NCBI GenBank assembly: GCA_019747735.1
Contig: JAIEQL010000005.1
Location: 28,365 to 92,364, forward strand
Direction: 5' to 3'
DNA from: Chthoniobacterales bacterium
Lineage (GTDB): Bacteria; Verrucomicrobiota; Verrucomicrobiia; Chthoniobacterales; UBA6821
DNA: 64,000 nucleotides
Numbering within the stretch: position 1 is the first letter of the stretch; each line of letters opens with the position of its first letter. Made by a program: the position numbers and the translations under genes. The notes beneath the pieces were generated by a model. That model ran no database searches. It saw only the letters and a program-made list of their open reading frames with translations, and was not told the DNA's origin. Below are positions 44,268-53,447 of the stretch, one piece after another.

Positions 44268-45674
44268 CTACAAAGAGGCAGCAACCCCAAACAACTTCCG
44301 CTTCCCAATCAATTCAGCCACCTCGGGCGGGACCATCTTTTTCCAACTCTCGTCACGGTTTTTAATTTTGTTAATGACAGTGAGGGATTGAATTCCCAGG
44401 TAGTCAGGATGGCAGCTGTTAACCGAAATGATGAAATTGTTGGAGAGTAAGTATTCGTAGAGGTCTTTTAAGTGAGGCTGGATGGGAAAAGAATTAGCCT
44501 CGAGTAAATTTCCTTGTTCATCCAGCGTAGGATAGACGTAAAGCTGAACCCCTTTTTTGAAAAGCCGTCCCAAACCTTCTAAAATTCCGCCTTCCAGTTT
44601 CGTATAATATTTTTCATCAAAAATTTCGTATAGACTTGGAATCCCCAATGGAAGGCCAATATTTTTAGTGGTATAGCGGGTGAGGTATTGGATAAGGCGG
44701 TAAAATTCGCCATAATTGGAAATAAGAACGGTGCGCCCTAACGCACTGAGCATATCGATGCGGTCCATAAAATCTTGATGATCGAGTGCTCCTTCTCTCA
44801 ACAAATTAGACATGGTAATCTCCATGAGGATTTCTGGCTGTTGGCCGGCAAGCTGTTCGTTTTTCAAAAACATCTTTAGGGAGCAATCCAGCATGTCATT
44901 GGCCAGAAGTGTCACCGGACGGAAGCTACCTCGTTCCACGAGCAAAGGCTTATTATGAAATTTGTCCGCAGCCTGGATCACATCTCCATCAGCATTAAAA
45001 AGGACCGCCTGTGCCAGGCCTTGGGTTACGAGTTCTAGACACATGATCCGATTGTCAACCATCTTAAAATCAGGGCCTGCAAAGCGAATCATATCAATTT
45101 CAACCCGTAGAGGGGTGAGATCATCGATCAATGATGCAATAAAAGCAGTAGGATCTTTTCTTAAGAAAAAAGCGCCGTAGATAAGATTGATGCCGACAAT
45201 TCCCAGAACCTCTTGTTGATCAATATTTTCAGCATCAAGCAACCGGACGTGCAGGATGATTTCATGAGGCTCGCCCAGTGGCGCTGTCTGAAAACGAATC
45301 CCCATCCAACCGTGAGACTCCTTATTCGATTTATAGGAACGAGCAGCTACTGTGTCAGCAAAAGCAAAGAACGTACGCCATGAGCCACTCTTTTCGTTTA
45401 ATCGTTGGATGAGTAATTGGTACTCATGATCGAGCATGGTGTTAAGGCGCTCACGACTCACATAGCGACCGCAACGTCCATAAATTGCATCCGAAAAGGC
45501 CATGTCATAAGCCGACATTGTTTTAGCAACGGTACCAGAGGCTCCTCCTACGTGGAAAAAACGGCGAGCGACCTCTTGCCCTGCTCCTATTTCAGCAAAT
45601 GTCCCATAGATCGAAGGATCCATATTGATCTGAAATGCTTTTTTATTTCCTTGGAGTTCGAAGGGGTTGGGCAT
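44268..45674 (-). CDS. Conserved-looking soluble protein of unknown function (468 aa)
   Basis: A long uninterrupted frame 29 nt upstream of mnmE on the same strand. The N-terminal GTFAEIGAGQEVARRFFHVGGASGTVAKTMSAYDMAFSDAIYG could not be assigned to a family. Confidence 0.5.
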   Translation of the reverse strand: MPNPFELQGNKKAFQINMDPSIYGTFAEIGAGQEVARRFFHVGGASGTVAKTMSAYDMAFSDAIYGRCGRYVSRERLNTMLDHEYQLLIQRLNEKSGSWRTFFAFADTVAARSYKSNKESHGWMGIRFQTAPLGEPHEIILHVRLLDAENIDQQEVLGIVGINLIYGAFFLRKDPTAFIASLIDDLTPLRVEIDMIRFAGPDFKMVDNRIMCLELVTQGLAQAVLFNADGDVIQAADKFHNKPLLVERGSFRPVTLLANDMLDCSLKMFLKNEQLAGQQPEILMEITMSNLLREGALDHQDFMDRIDMLSALGRTVLISNYGEFYRLIQYLTRYTTKNIGLPLGIPSLYEIFDEKYYTKLEGGILEGLGRLFKKGVQLYVYPTLDEQGNLLEANSFPIQPHLKDLYEYLLSNNFIISVNSCHPDYLGIQSLTVINKIKNRDESWKKMVPPEVAELIGKRKLFGVAASL

Positions 45675-45701
45675 GGTAAATAGGCTAAAGGCTAAAAGTG
45701 A

Positions 45702-45808
45702 AAGGCCGAAGAGCCAGGGCTATATCTTATAACGAGAGTAATGAGAACGCAGTCTTTTCCTGAAAAGATCACGTCAATTTTGTGTAATTTCTAAGTAATT
45801 TGACTATA
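45702..45808. mobile_element. MITE family A variant, half copy (A5)
   Basis: aaggccgaagag...gatcacgtcaattttgtgtaattt...gactata is the reverse complement of the left part of 49810-49964. Directly abuts MITE B1. Confidence 0.7.
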
Positions 45809-45809
45809 T

Positions 45810-45950
45810 GAGGGTGTCTTGAAAATGAATAAAATTGATGCAGTACCAGGAGCGAAGCGCACAGACCCGCAGTGTATATGGACATACTCGAGGACGCGAG
45901 CACTGGAGCGACACCGTAATGCGCAATTTTAGTCTTTTCAAGACACCCTC
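45810..45950. mobile_element. MITE family B, full copy (B1)
   Basis: 141 bp. TIRs gagggtgtcttgaaaa ... ttttcaagacaccctc. Confidence 0.85.
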
Positions 45951-46100
45951 TATAACTCAATAGCTTCCTTTATTCGTTTTATAAGCATATTCAAAGATTT
46001 TGCTTGAATATGACATCCTGGTAGAGAAGGAACAGACGCGACAAAAAAAACCTTCTGAATCACGTTCAATAATAACATTGAATTCATTTCTTTTATTCAT
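45950..46100 (-). pseudogene. hicB-like antitoxin remnant (frameshifted and truncated)
   Basis: ATG at 46100. Removing one T from the T8 run (plus-strand A8 at 46043-46050) gives MNKRNEFNVIIERDSEGFFVASVPSLPGCHIQAKSLNMLIKRIKEAIEL*, the HicB N-terminal-domain pattern (y.v.ie.d..g.yva.vP.LPGC..qg.t..ea....keAi). The stop is formed at the edge of MITE B1. Confidence 0.6.
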
Positions 46101-46137
46101 AGCTCAAAAATAACAAGAAACCTCCTAACTACCAATG

Positions 46138-47547
46138 TCATTTATTTTGCGATGACAAAGCTGCCTCCAGCCTTCTTTTTAGGCCTTCAAATGAGCCGTT
46201 GCTAAAAATAACCACGATTTCTTTAGGCTTCAAGAGTGATTGAAGCTTACGCACAATCTCCTCCACAGAAGGTTCATAAAAAGCTTCTTTACCTAGGGGA
46301 CGAAGTTCTTCGGCGAGACGTTCTGGATTGAGGCGTTCCCCTTCTGCTAGTAAAGAAGCTCGAGCAACGCCACCAATGATAACACCATCAGCAGCAGCAA
46401 AGGCCGAGGGCAATATTTCTTGAAAAACAGCGCGACGCGAGGTGTTACTGCGCGGTTCAAAAAGAGCCCAGATTTTTGTGGTAGCGCCAAAGCGAGCGCG
46501 TACCCCTTCGAGCGTTTGGCGAATGGCTGTAGGGTGATGGCCAAAATCATCGATGAGGATGATTCCATGAGGGAGTGTGACTATTTCTTGACGGCGCTTG
46601 ACTCCTTGAAAAGAGAGCAATGCCTTTTGCAGTGTTGGAATGGGAATGCCATAAAAATGAGCTGCAGAAAGAGCCATTGCGGCATTACGAATATTGTGTT
46701 CTCCCATCATGGCTATTTCAAAAGAATGGCCCAGGAGCTGAAATCCAGAAAGCCCTTCACGTTGCCATACCTCGGTAATGCGATGACTTACATTTTCGGA
46801 AAACCCAACTTCGATAACAGGGGCAAATACTTTTTGGGCAACGTCGCAACAGTTTTGATCATCTCCGTTAAGTAAAATCATTCCTTCCGAGGGAACCAGC
46901 TGTAGCAAGCGCCGGAAGCTAAGCTTGATTTCATCTAGGTTGGCAAAGATATCGGCATGATCAAATTCGATATTATTGATCACCACAAGCTCGGGCAAGT
47001 AGTGTAAAAATTTGGAGCGCTTGTCAAAGAAAGCTGTGTCATATTCATCTCCCTCCAAAATCACATGGCGCGATTTTTTTGGATCTCGAAAACAAGCCCC
47101 CTGGGCGAGGTTGTTGGGAATGCCCCCAATCAAATAAGAAGGGTTTTTTTCGGCTACTTCAAAAATCCAAGCTAACATCGAAGAAGTCGTTGTCTTGCCA
47201 TGAGTTCCTGCCACGACAAGATTGTGTCGACCATGCAAAAACTGTGTGCGGAGCAGCTCTGGAAGCGAAGTGTAGGGGAGCTTGCCATTGAGAACGGCTT
47301 CGACCTCCACGTTGCCACGGGAAAGCGCATTGCCAATGACGATGAGGGTGGGCTGCTTAGGAAGGTTCTCTGGAGAGTATCCCTCAAAAATGGGAATCCC
47401 TTGTGCTCTCAAAAAATCAGAAATCGGTGGATAGGTTTTGGCATCCGATCCAGTGACTTTCCATCCTTGCTGTTGTAAGGCTGCTGCAACGGCTCCCATA
47501 GCGGTGCCGCAGATGCCGATGAAGTGAATATGTTGAGAAGAGTTCAA
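46138..47547 (-). CDS. mpl: UDP-N-acetylmuramate:L-alanyl-gamma-D-glutamyl-meso-DAP ligase (murein peptide ligase)
   Basis: HIHFIGICGTAMGAVAAAL, GTHGKTTTS P-loop, Mur ligase middle and C-terminal domains. TTG start. Confidence 0.8.
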   Translation of the reverse strand: MNSSQHIHFIGICGTAMGAVAAALQQQGWKVTGSDAKTYPPISDFLRAQGIPIFEGYSPENLPKQPTLIVIGNALSRGNVEVEAVLNGKLPYTSLPELLRTQFLHGRHNLVVAGTHGKTTTSSMLAWIFEVAEKNPSYLIGGIPNNLAQGACFRDPKKSRHVILEGDEYDTAFFDKRSKFLHYLPELVVINNIEFDHADIFANLDEIKLSFRRLLQLVPSEGMILLNGDDQNCCDVAQKVFAPVIEVGFSENVSHRITEVWQREGLSGFQLLGHSFEIAMMGEHNIRNAAMALSAAHFYGIPIPTLQKALLSFQGVKRRQEIVTLPHGIILIDDFGHHPTAIRQTLEGVRARFGATTKIWALFEPRSNTSRRAVFQEILPSAFAAADGVIIGGVARASLLAEGERLNPERLAEELRPLGKEAFYEPSVEEIVRKLQSLLKPKEIVVIFSNGSFEGLKRRLEAALSSQNK

Positions 47548-47561
47548 GGTAGTTTAGAAAT

Positions 47562-48593
47562 TTAATGGTTTTGTTTTAGTTCTATCTCAATTTGTTCAAT
47601 ACTGGGCAGACTTGTTTCAAGTTCTTTTGGGAGAACTTCCGTCAATAGATACTCCGAAATACCTATTGGGCTGCTAATATTACGCAAAGAGTATTCAGCA
47701 ACAATACGGTTGTGTTTTTTACATAATAACAAACCAATCGTTGGGTGATCTTGAGGGTGCTTTAATTCAGTATCTACGGCTGCAAGATAAAAATTAAGCT
47801 GTCCTGTATATTCTGGTTTAAACGCTGTTGCTTTAAGCTCGACAACAACATAGCAACGCAGCTTGAGGTGATAAAATAACAAGTCGATGAAAAAGTCTTC
47901 TCCGCCTATTTCTACATGAATTTGATGGCCAACAAAAGAAAAGCCAGTGCCAAGCTCTAATAAAAAACGAACAATCTGATCGACGAGTGCGTTTTCAATG
48001 CTTCGGTCATTTGCATGTTGGCTTAATCCTAAAAAATCAAAAACATAAGGATCTTTGAGAACTGCAGTAACCAAGTCAGATTGAGGAGCAGGCAATCGCT
48101 GAGAAAAATTGCTAATAGCTTTTCCTTCACGTTCAAATAAACCTGTCTCAATTTGCATGCCCAATACATTGCGAGACCAGCCATGCTCTATCGTTTTTAT
48201 AGCATACCATTCACGGGCAGTTAGAGAAGGGACCTGCGTTAGCAAAACAATATTATGAAACCATGGCAATTGGTCAGCAGGCTGCTGACCAATTTTGCAT
48301 TCGGGATATGCTTCCGCAAATCGGCGCATATATTTTAAATTTGAAGGAGAGAAACCTTTCATTTCTGGAAAGGCTGCTCGCAGATCTCTGGCCAATCGAT
48401 CGATGACTTTTGTTCCCCATTTTTGTTGTTGCTGTTTTTCTAAAATGGAGTGGCCTATCTCCCAGTAAAGTTTGATTAACTCGCTGTTAACAGACTGAAC
48501 AGCACGCATTTGCTTTGTTTGAATACGCTGCTTGAGATTGCCTAACCACGTGGTATAGGCAGTTTCATTTTTGCTTACTTTATGGAGATCCAT
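47562..48593 (-). CDS. yhcG: YhcG/DUF1016-family PD-(D/E)XK nuclease
   Basis: ...ELIKLYWEIGHSILEKQ...WGTKVIDRLARDLRAAFPEMKGFSPSNLKYMRRFAEAYP...; C-terminal IDLLFYHLKLRCYVVVELK (D..E.K nuclease core). Confidence 0.85.
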   Translation of the reverse strand: MDLHKVSKNETAYTTWLGNLKQRIQTKQMRAVQSVNSELIKLYWEIGHSILEKQQQQKWGTKVIDRLARDLRAAFPEMKGFSPSNLKYMRRFAEAYPECKIGQQPADQLPWFHNIVLLTQVPSLTAREWYAIKTIEHGWSRNVLGMQIETGLFEREGKAISNFSQRLPAPQSDLVTAVLKDPYVFDFLGLSQHANDRSIENALVDQIVRFLLELGTGFSFVGHQIHVEIGGEDFFIDLLFYHLKLRCYVVVELKATAFKPEYTGQLNFYLAAVDTELKHPQDHPTIGLLLCKKHNRIVAEYSLRNISSPIGISEYLLTEVLPKELETSLPSIEQIEIELKQNH

Positions 48594-48764
48594 TTTTTAT
48601 TTTGTGACGTTTTCAAGGAGTTCATGAAAATTTTAACCGTAATAGTGAAACCTGCATTGCAAGATAATCAAAGCGCCATTTTAACAACGACAAACTAAGC
48701 GATCAGATGCAGAGAATTCTGTCAATTTCTTGTGGTTGTAATAAACCCTCCCGCTTTTTGAAAC

Positions 48765-48791
48765 TTGACAAGGCTCGGAGCGCTCTATAAT
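48765..48791 (+). promoter_or_regulatory. Candidate sigma70-type promoter of the rpn gene
   Basis: Perfect TTGACA (48765-48770) and perfect TATAAT (48786-48791). The spacer is only 15 nt. The -10 box ends 9 nt before the ATG at 48801, which implies a leaderless or near-leaderless mRNA. Confidence 0.4.
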
Positions 48792-48800
48792 AGGACGCCT

Positions 48801-49670
48801 ATGCCACGCTATCTCGATCCTAAGAACGATTTTATTTTTAAAAGAATTTTTGGGCACCATCCCGAGCTGCTCAAGAGTTTTCTCAATGCCATCTTACCGC
48901 TGCCAGAGGATTGTGTGATCGAAAGCCTTACGTACCTTCCAACTGAAAATGTTCCTGAGGTTCCTGTACTCAAATACTCCATTGTTGATGTCCGTTGCCT
49001 CGACAATCATGGACGACACTTTATTGTGGAGATGCAGTTGCAATGGACCGGTGACTTCATTAAACGGATGCTGTTTAACTCAGCGACAACATATGTCCGG
49101 CAACTTGAAAAAGGAAAAGAATACGCAGACTTAAGTCCGGTCTATGGATTAGCTTTGCTAGATACTAAATTCGATCAAAGTGAAGAGTGGTTTCATCACT
49201 ATCAGATGCGGCACGCTGTTGATAACAATAAAACGCTAGACGATATTCAGCTTGTCTTAATTGAACTGCCCAAGCTCAAGCCTGCAATTATTACCCAAAA
49301 AAAACTGGCAATTTTATGGCTCCGTTTTTTAAAAGAGATCAATGAACGAACCCAGGAGGTTGATCCTAGCCTGCTAAGCGTAGCACCGATTAAAGAGGCC
49401 TTAAGCCTTCTTGAGATTGCTTCCTACAATGAAGCAGAATTACTGGCCTACGATCGAGAGTGGGATGCTGTTAGTTCCGAGAAAACTCTGTTGAGCGGTA
49501 GATTTGCCGAGGGTAAAGCTGAAGGCAGAGCTGAAGGACTGGCTGAAGGAGAAATGAAAACCAAGATAGAAGTGGTGCATAATCTTCATCAGCTTGGAAT
49601 TTCTATAGAGCAGATTGCTATAGCGACTCATCTTTCTGCTGCAGAAATACAGAGGATTCTAAAAAAATAG
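48801..49670 (+). CDS. rpn: Rpn-family recombination-promoting nuclease / putative transposase (PD-(D/E)XK)
   Basis: MPRYLDPKNDFIFKRIFG..., ...VDVRCLDNHGRHFIVEMQ (D..E.Q/K core), and the C-terminal AEGKAEGRAEGLAEGE repeat typical of the family. Start moved from TTG 48765 to ATG 48801. Confidence 0.8.
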   Translation: MPRYLDPKNDFIFKRIFGHHPELLKSFLNAILPLPEDCVIESLTYLPTENVPEVPVLKYSIVDVRCLDNHGRHFIVEMQLQWTGDFIKRMLFNSATTYVRQLEKGKEYADLSPVYGLALLDTKFDQSEEWFHHYQMRHAVDNNKTLDDIQLVLIELPKLKPAIITQKKLAILWLRFLKEINERTQEVDPSLLSVAPIKEALSLLEIASYNEAELLAYDREWDAVSSEKTLLSGRFAEGKAEGRAEGLAEGEMKTKIEVVHNLHQLGISIEQIAIATHLSAAEIQRILKK

Positions 49671-49809
49671 TTCTTCTCGGTATCATCTTAATTTTTCCGG
49701 GGAAAATTGAGATGAGTTGAGGCTGAAACGTCATAGAGCTTTTTGGAATCTCAATAAAAGATTCCTTGGTACGGTTGTGTATGCCTTGGGAGGTTTGTTT
49801 TTTACCTCT

Positions 49810-49964
49810 TATAGTCAAAAATTACACAAAATTGACTTGATCTTTTCAGAAAAAGACTGCGTTCTCATTACTCCCGTTCTAAGATAGAGCGCTCTCTCTT
49901 CGGCCTTGCTTTTTCTAAAAATTTCTGCACTTCTACCATGCCTTTTTTAATTTAATACACTATA
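49810..49964. mobile_element. MITE family A variant, full copy (A4)
   Basis: The left end tatagtcaaaaattacacaaaattgac is shared with A5. The right half ...cttcggcctt...atttctgcacttctaccatgccttttttaatttaatacactata is shared with A2. TA flanks. Confidence 0.75.
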
Positions 49965-50138
49965 AAAGTCGCTCAAGGAACTCCTCAATGGCGTAAGTGT
50001 CTTGCCGATTTTCTGCGCAATGGCTTGTTGGAAATACGAAGTACATTACTAAATACCATTGCGAGGATTTTCTTTTGTGAAATTAAAAATGAAATGATTT
50101 TGCTCCATGCCATCAAAATTAAGAAAGAAACAGTATGA
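49965..50138 (+). pseudogene. higB/RelE-like (Gp49-type) toxin remnant, 5'-truncated by MITE A4
   Basis: Open frame without a start codon: ...LLEIRSTLLNTIARIFFCEIKNEMILLHAIKIKKETV* (pattern l.ElR....yRi.y....ivlLh.f.KK). Begins at the MITE edge. Its TGA overlaps the next ATG (ATGA). Confidence 0.55.
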
Positions 50139-50272
50139 ACAAGAATCAAAACAATCCTCATCGAGGAAGTAATTTTCTTGATGAAAAAAATGATACTCTT
50201 TCTTTGAAGACCTTAGTGAAGGCAGCATCTGCTCTTGGAAAAACTCTCAAAATAGAATTAGTGACCGCCTAA
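50135..50272 (+). pseudogene. Short higA/XRE-type antitoxin remnant (45 codons)
   Basis: MNKNQNNPHRGSNFLDEKNDTLSLKTLVKAASALGKTLKIELVTA*. The tail (sl.tl.k.a.aLGk.l.ieLv) matches XRE antitoxin C-termini, but most of the HTH is missing. Confidence 0.4.
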
Positions 50273-50277
50273 AATTT

Positions 50278-50508
50278 ATGAAAATACGTATTACCATTAT
50301 GCCGCAATCAGCTGTGCTTGATCCCGCGGGAGTTGCCACTGCTCATGCTTTAGAACATTTGGGATTTGCCGGCGTACATTCGGTACGCATTGGAAAGTCG
50401 ATAGAACTCGATATTGCAGAGGCCACGGAAGAACAGCTTCATCAAGCCTGTCGGGATCTGCTTTCCAATCCGGTGATAGAGGATTATCATTTTGAAATTT
50501 TAAAATGA
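50278..50508 (+). CDS. purS: Phosphoribosylformylglycinamidine synthase subunit PurS
   Basis: 76 aa, ...VLDPAGVATAHALEHLGF... . 4-nt overlap with purQ. Confidence 0.85.
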   Translation: MKIRITIMPQSAVLDPAGVATAHALEHLGFAGVHSVRIGKSIELDIAEATEEQLHQACRDLLSNPVIEDYHFEILK

Positions 50509-51203
50509 TCCGCTGCGCTGTTCTTCAATTTCCAGGATCCAATTGTGATCAAGATGCTCTCATAGCAATCCGTTCTTTTTCCGGCGTGGCGGCAGAACTG
50601 GTGTGGCATCAAACTACCTCGCTGGAGGCTTTTGATCTTATCATCTTACCGGGAGGCTTCTCTTATGGTGACTATCTTCGCTCTGGGGCTATTGCTTGTT
50701 TTTCTCCTGTGATGCAAGCGGTTAAAAAAGCCGCACAGCAAGGAAAAATAATCCTTGGCATCTGCAATGGATTTCAAATTCTCTGCGAAGCTCACCTCTT
50801 GCCCGGAACTTTAATTCGCAATCGCAATCTTTTATTCCGCTGTGAGGAAACGATTCTTCGCCTTGAGAATAACGTTACTCCCTTTACACAAGCTTGTGAA
50901 AAAGGGCAGCTCTTGCGTCTTCCAATTGCTCATGGAGAAGGATGTTATGTGGCTCAGCCCGACGTTCTCCAAGAGCTCAATAATAACAATCAAATTCTTT
51001 TACGTTATGCTACAGCAGAAGGCGAGATCACCAAAGCAGCAAGTCCCAATGGGTCGTTAGAAAATATCGCTGGTATTTGTAACCGCGAAAAAAATATTTT
51101 TGGCCTCATGCCTCACCCCGAACGTGCTTGTGAAGCACTTCTCGGGAGCACAGATGGGAGGTTTCTTTTCCATTCTTTGATCACTTCATTGTCAAAAAAA
51201 TGA
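50505..51203 (+). CDS. purQ: Phosphoribosylformylglycinamidine synthase glutaminase subunit PurQ
   Basis: [18 protein letters not shown], catalytic GICNGFQ, MPHPER. Confidence 0.9.
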   Translation: MIRCAVLQFPGSNCDQDALIAIRSFSGVAAELVWHQTTSLEAFDLIILPGGFSYGDYLRSGAIACFSPVMQAVKKAAQQGKIILGICNGFQILCEAHLLPGTLIRNRNLLFRCEETILRLENNVTPFTQACEKGQLLRLPIAHGEGCYVAQPDVLQELNNNNQILLRYATAEGEITKAASPNGSLENIAGICNREKNIFGLMPHPERACEALLGSTDGRFLFHSLITSLSKK

Positions 51204-53446
51204 ACACCCCTCCGATTACCCCAGCTCTTATTGCTAAACATGGTTTGTCATCTGACGAATACCAAAAAATTCTCACCATCCTTGGCCGCGAACCTAGCTA
51301 CGAAGAGCTGGGGGTCTTTTCGGTGATGTGGAGTGAACATTGCTCTTACAAAAACTCTCGTCCTCTCTTGCGCCAATTTCCCACGACTGGGAAAAATGTT
51401 TTAGTAAAAGCGGGAGAAGAAAATGCTGGAGTACTCGATATCGGCAACGGTTGGGCTGTGGCTTTTAAAATAGAAAGTCACAACCATCCTAGCGCTATTG
51501 AGCCCTTTCAAGGAGCAGCCACGGGCGTGGGTGGTATCATTCGCGATATTTTTACGATGGGTGCAAGACCTGCATTTTTACTCGATTCACTCCGCTTTGG
51601 CTCGATTGAAGGCGATACCCTTGCCGCTCGTGCTAATCGCCGATTATTTGCAGGGGTGGTTGCCGGTATTAGTCATTATGGCAACTGTATGGGTGTGCCA
51701 ACAATTGGAGGAGAGGTCTATTTTGATAAAAGTTATGAAGGCAACCCTTTGGTCAATGCTTTTTGTCTCGGTGTCTTGCGCCACGAACAAATTGCACGTG
51801 GGGCTGCCAAGGGTATTGGCAATCCCATTTTTTATGTGGGCGCTGAAACAGGGCGAGATGGGCTTGCTGGGGCTGCGTTTGCTTCTCGGGAGCTTACGGA
51901 AGAATCCAAAGCCGATCGGCCAGCAGTTCAAGTTGGCGATCCTTTTCGCGAAAAATTATTGCTCGAAGCTTGTCTAGAATTATTGGAAAGCGGCTGTGTC
52001 GCTGGCATCCAAGACATGGGAGCAGCAGGGCTTACATGCTCCACCTGCGAAACTGCCAGCCGTGGAGGAACAGGCGTGGAAGTTGATTTGAACTTGGTTC
52101 CCAAACGCTCTAACGATTTGACTCCCTATGAGCTTTTACTGAGCGAATCACAAGAGAGGATGTTGGTCATTGTACAAAAGGGAGAAGAAGCGACCGTCCA
52201 AAAGATTTTTGAAAAATGGGAATTGCCCTACGCCTTGATTGGTCATGTCACCGATGATGGAAAAATGAGAATTCGTGCTGGATCAACGGTGGTCGTTGAT
52301 GTTCCTGCGCGAGCTCTTGCTGATGAAGCCCCCCTTTATGAACGAGAGGCCGCTCCTTGGACCGCTCCTGCTCTTCTTGATCTTAAGACTGTTCCTGTTG
52401 CCGATGTGATCATGGCCTTGCATCAACTTTTTGCTCATCCAAGCATAGCTTCCAAACAATGGGCTTGGCGCCAATATGATTACATGGTGCAAACGGGAAC
52501 CGTTGTGCCACCCGGCTCTGATGCCGCTGTTTTCCACCTCCGCGAAGCAGACAAATTCTTAGCAGCTACCACCGATTGCAATGCGATTTATTGTCATCTT
52601 GATCCTCGAGAGGGGGCCAAAGCAGCCGTAGCGGAAGCCACACGTAATCTTGCTTGCTCTGGAGCAATGCCCTTGGGAGTGACCGATAATTTGAATTTTG
52701 GCAATCCTTACAAACCAGAAAACTTTTTCCAACTCCGCGCTGCTGTGGAGGGAATCTCGGAAGGATGTCGTGCTTTTGATATTCCCGTAACAGGGGGCAA
52801 TGTCAGTCTCTACAATGAAAGCCAGCATGGAGCAATCGACCCGACACCAACTATTGCAATGGTTGGGATCATTGAAAAAAAAGAGCAGATCACCACGCAG
52901 CATTTTAAGAATCCAGGTGATGTGATCTATCTTTTAGGCGAGCTTGGAGAGGAACTGGGTGGTTCTCACTACTTGCTGGTCGTCCACCAACGTAAGGAAG
53001 GACTTCCTCCGCGAGTTGATTTTGCAAAAGAAAAGGCGCTGCAAAACCAGCTTCTTTCTTTAATTAAAAGTGGCTTGGTGCAGAGCGCTCATGATTGTTC
53101 TGAAGGAGGGCTTGCGGTAGCCTTGGCAGAATCGTGCTTTGCGAGAGCTCAACAAGATAGCAAGGCGCTCCTGGGTGCCACCATTGATCTAGGCACCACT
53201 GGCCTTCGGCCTGATGTGGCTCTTTTTAACGAATCTCAAGGACGCATCCTCTTTTCTGCACGTCCAGAAAATGCTACTGCCATCGAGGCTACTCTCCAAG
53301 CCGCAAAGCTCCCTTTCCAACGCCTTGGTATCGTCACAACAGCAGAGGAAATTGTTATCCAACTCAATGGAGAGAAATATCAATGGATGACCCGCAACCT
53401 ACATCACACCTGGTCAACAGCTATTCCACACATGATGCAGGGGTAG
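51200..53446 (+). CDS. purL: Phosphoribosylformylglycinamidine synthase subunit PurL (small type)
   Basis: [26 protein letters not shown]. 748 aa. Operon purS-purQ-purL. Confidence 0.9.
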   Translation: MNTPPITPALIAKHGLSSDEYQKILTILGREPSYEELGVFSVMWSEHCSYKNSRPLLRQFPTTGKNVLVKAGEENAGVLDIGNGWAVAFKIESHNHPSAIEPFQGAATGVGGIIRDIFTMGARPAFLLDSLRFGSIEGDTLAARANRRLFAGVVAGISHYGNCMGVPTIGGEVYFDKSYEGNPLVNAFCLGVLRHEQIARGAAKGIGNPIFYVGAETGRDGLAGAAFASRELTEESKADRPAVQVGDPFREKLLLEACLELLESGCVAGIQDMGAAGLTCSTCETASRGGTGVEVDLNLVPKRSNDLTPYELLLSESQERMLVIVQKGEEATVQKIFEKWELPYALIGHVTDDGKMRIRAGSTVVVDVPARALADEAPLYEREAAPWTAPALLDLKTVPVADVIMALHQLFAHPSIASKQWAWRQYDYMVQTGTVVPPGSDAAVFHLREADKFLAATTDCNAIYCHLDPREGAKAAVAEATRNLACSGAMPLGVTDNLNFGNPYKPENFFQLRAAVEGISEGCRAFDIPVTGGNVSLYNESQHGAIDPTPTIAMVGIIEKKEQITTQHFKNPGDVIYLLGELGEELGGSHYLLVVHQRKEGLPPRVDFAKEKALQNQLLSLIKSGLVQSAHDCSEGGLAVALAESCFARAQQDSKALLGATIDLGTTGLRPDVALFNESQGRILFSARPENATAIEATLQAAKLPFQRLGIVTTAEEIVIQLNGEKYQWMTRNLHHTWSTAIPHMMQG

Positions 53447-53447
53447 T

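Noticed and set aside
45769-45960. 63-71-aa ORFs encoded within family B MITE copies (also 56017-56247 and 59460-59657).
   Set aside because: The 'protein' is simply the repeat read in one frame, and its ends are defined by the flanking sequence. There is no start context or coding signature. The exception is the in-frame genic copy reported separately.
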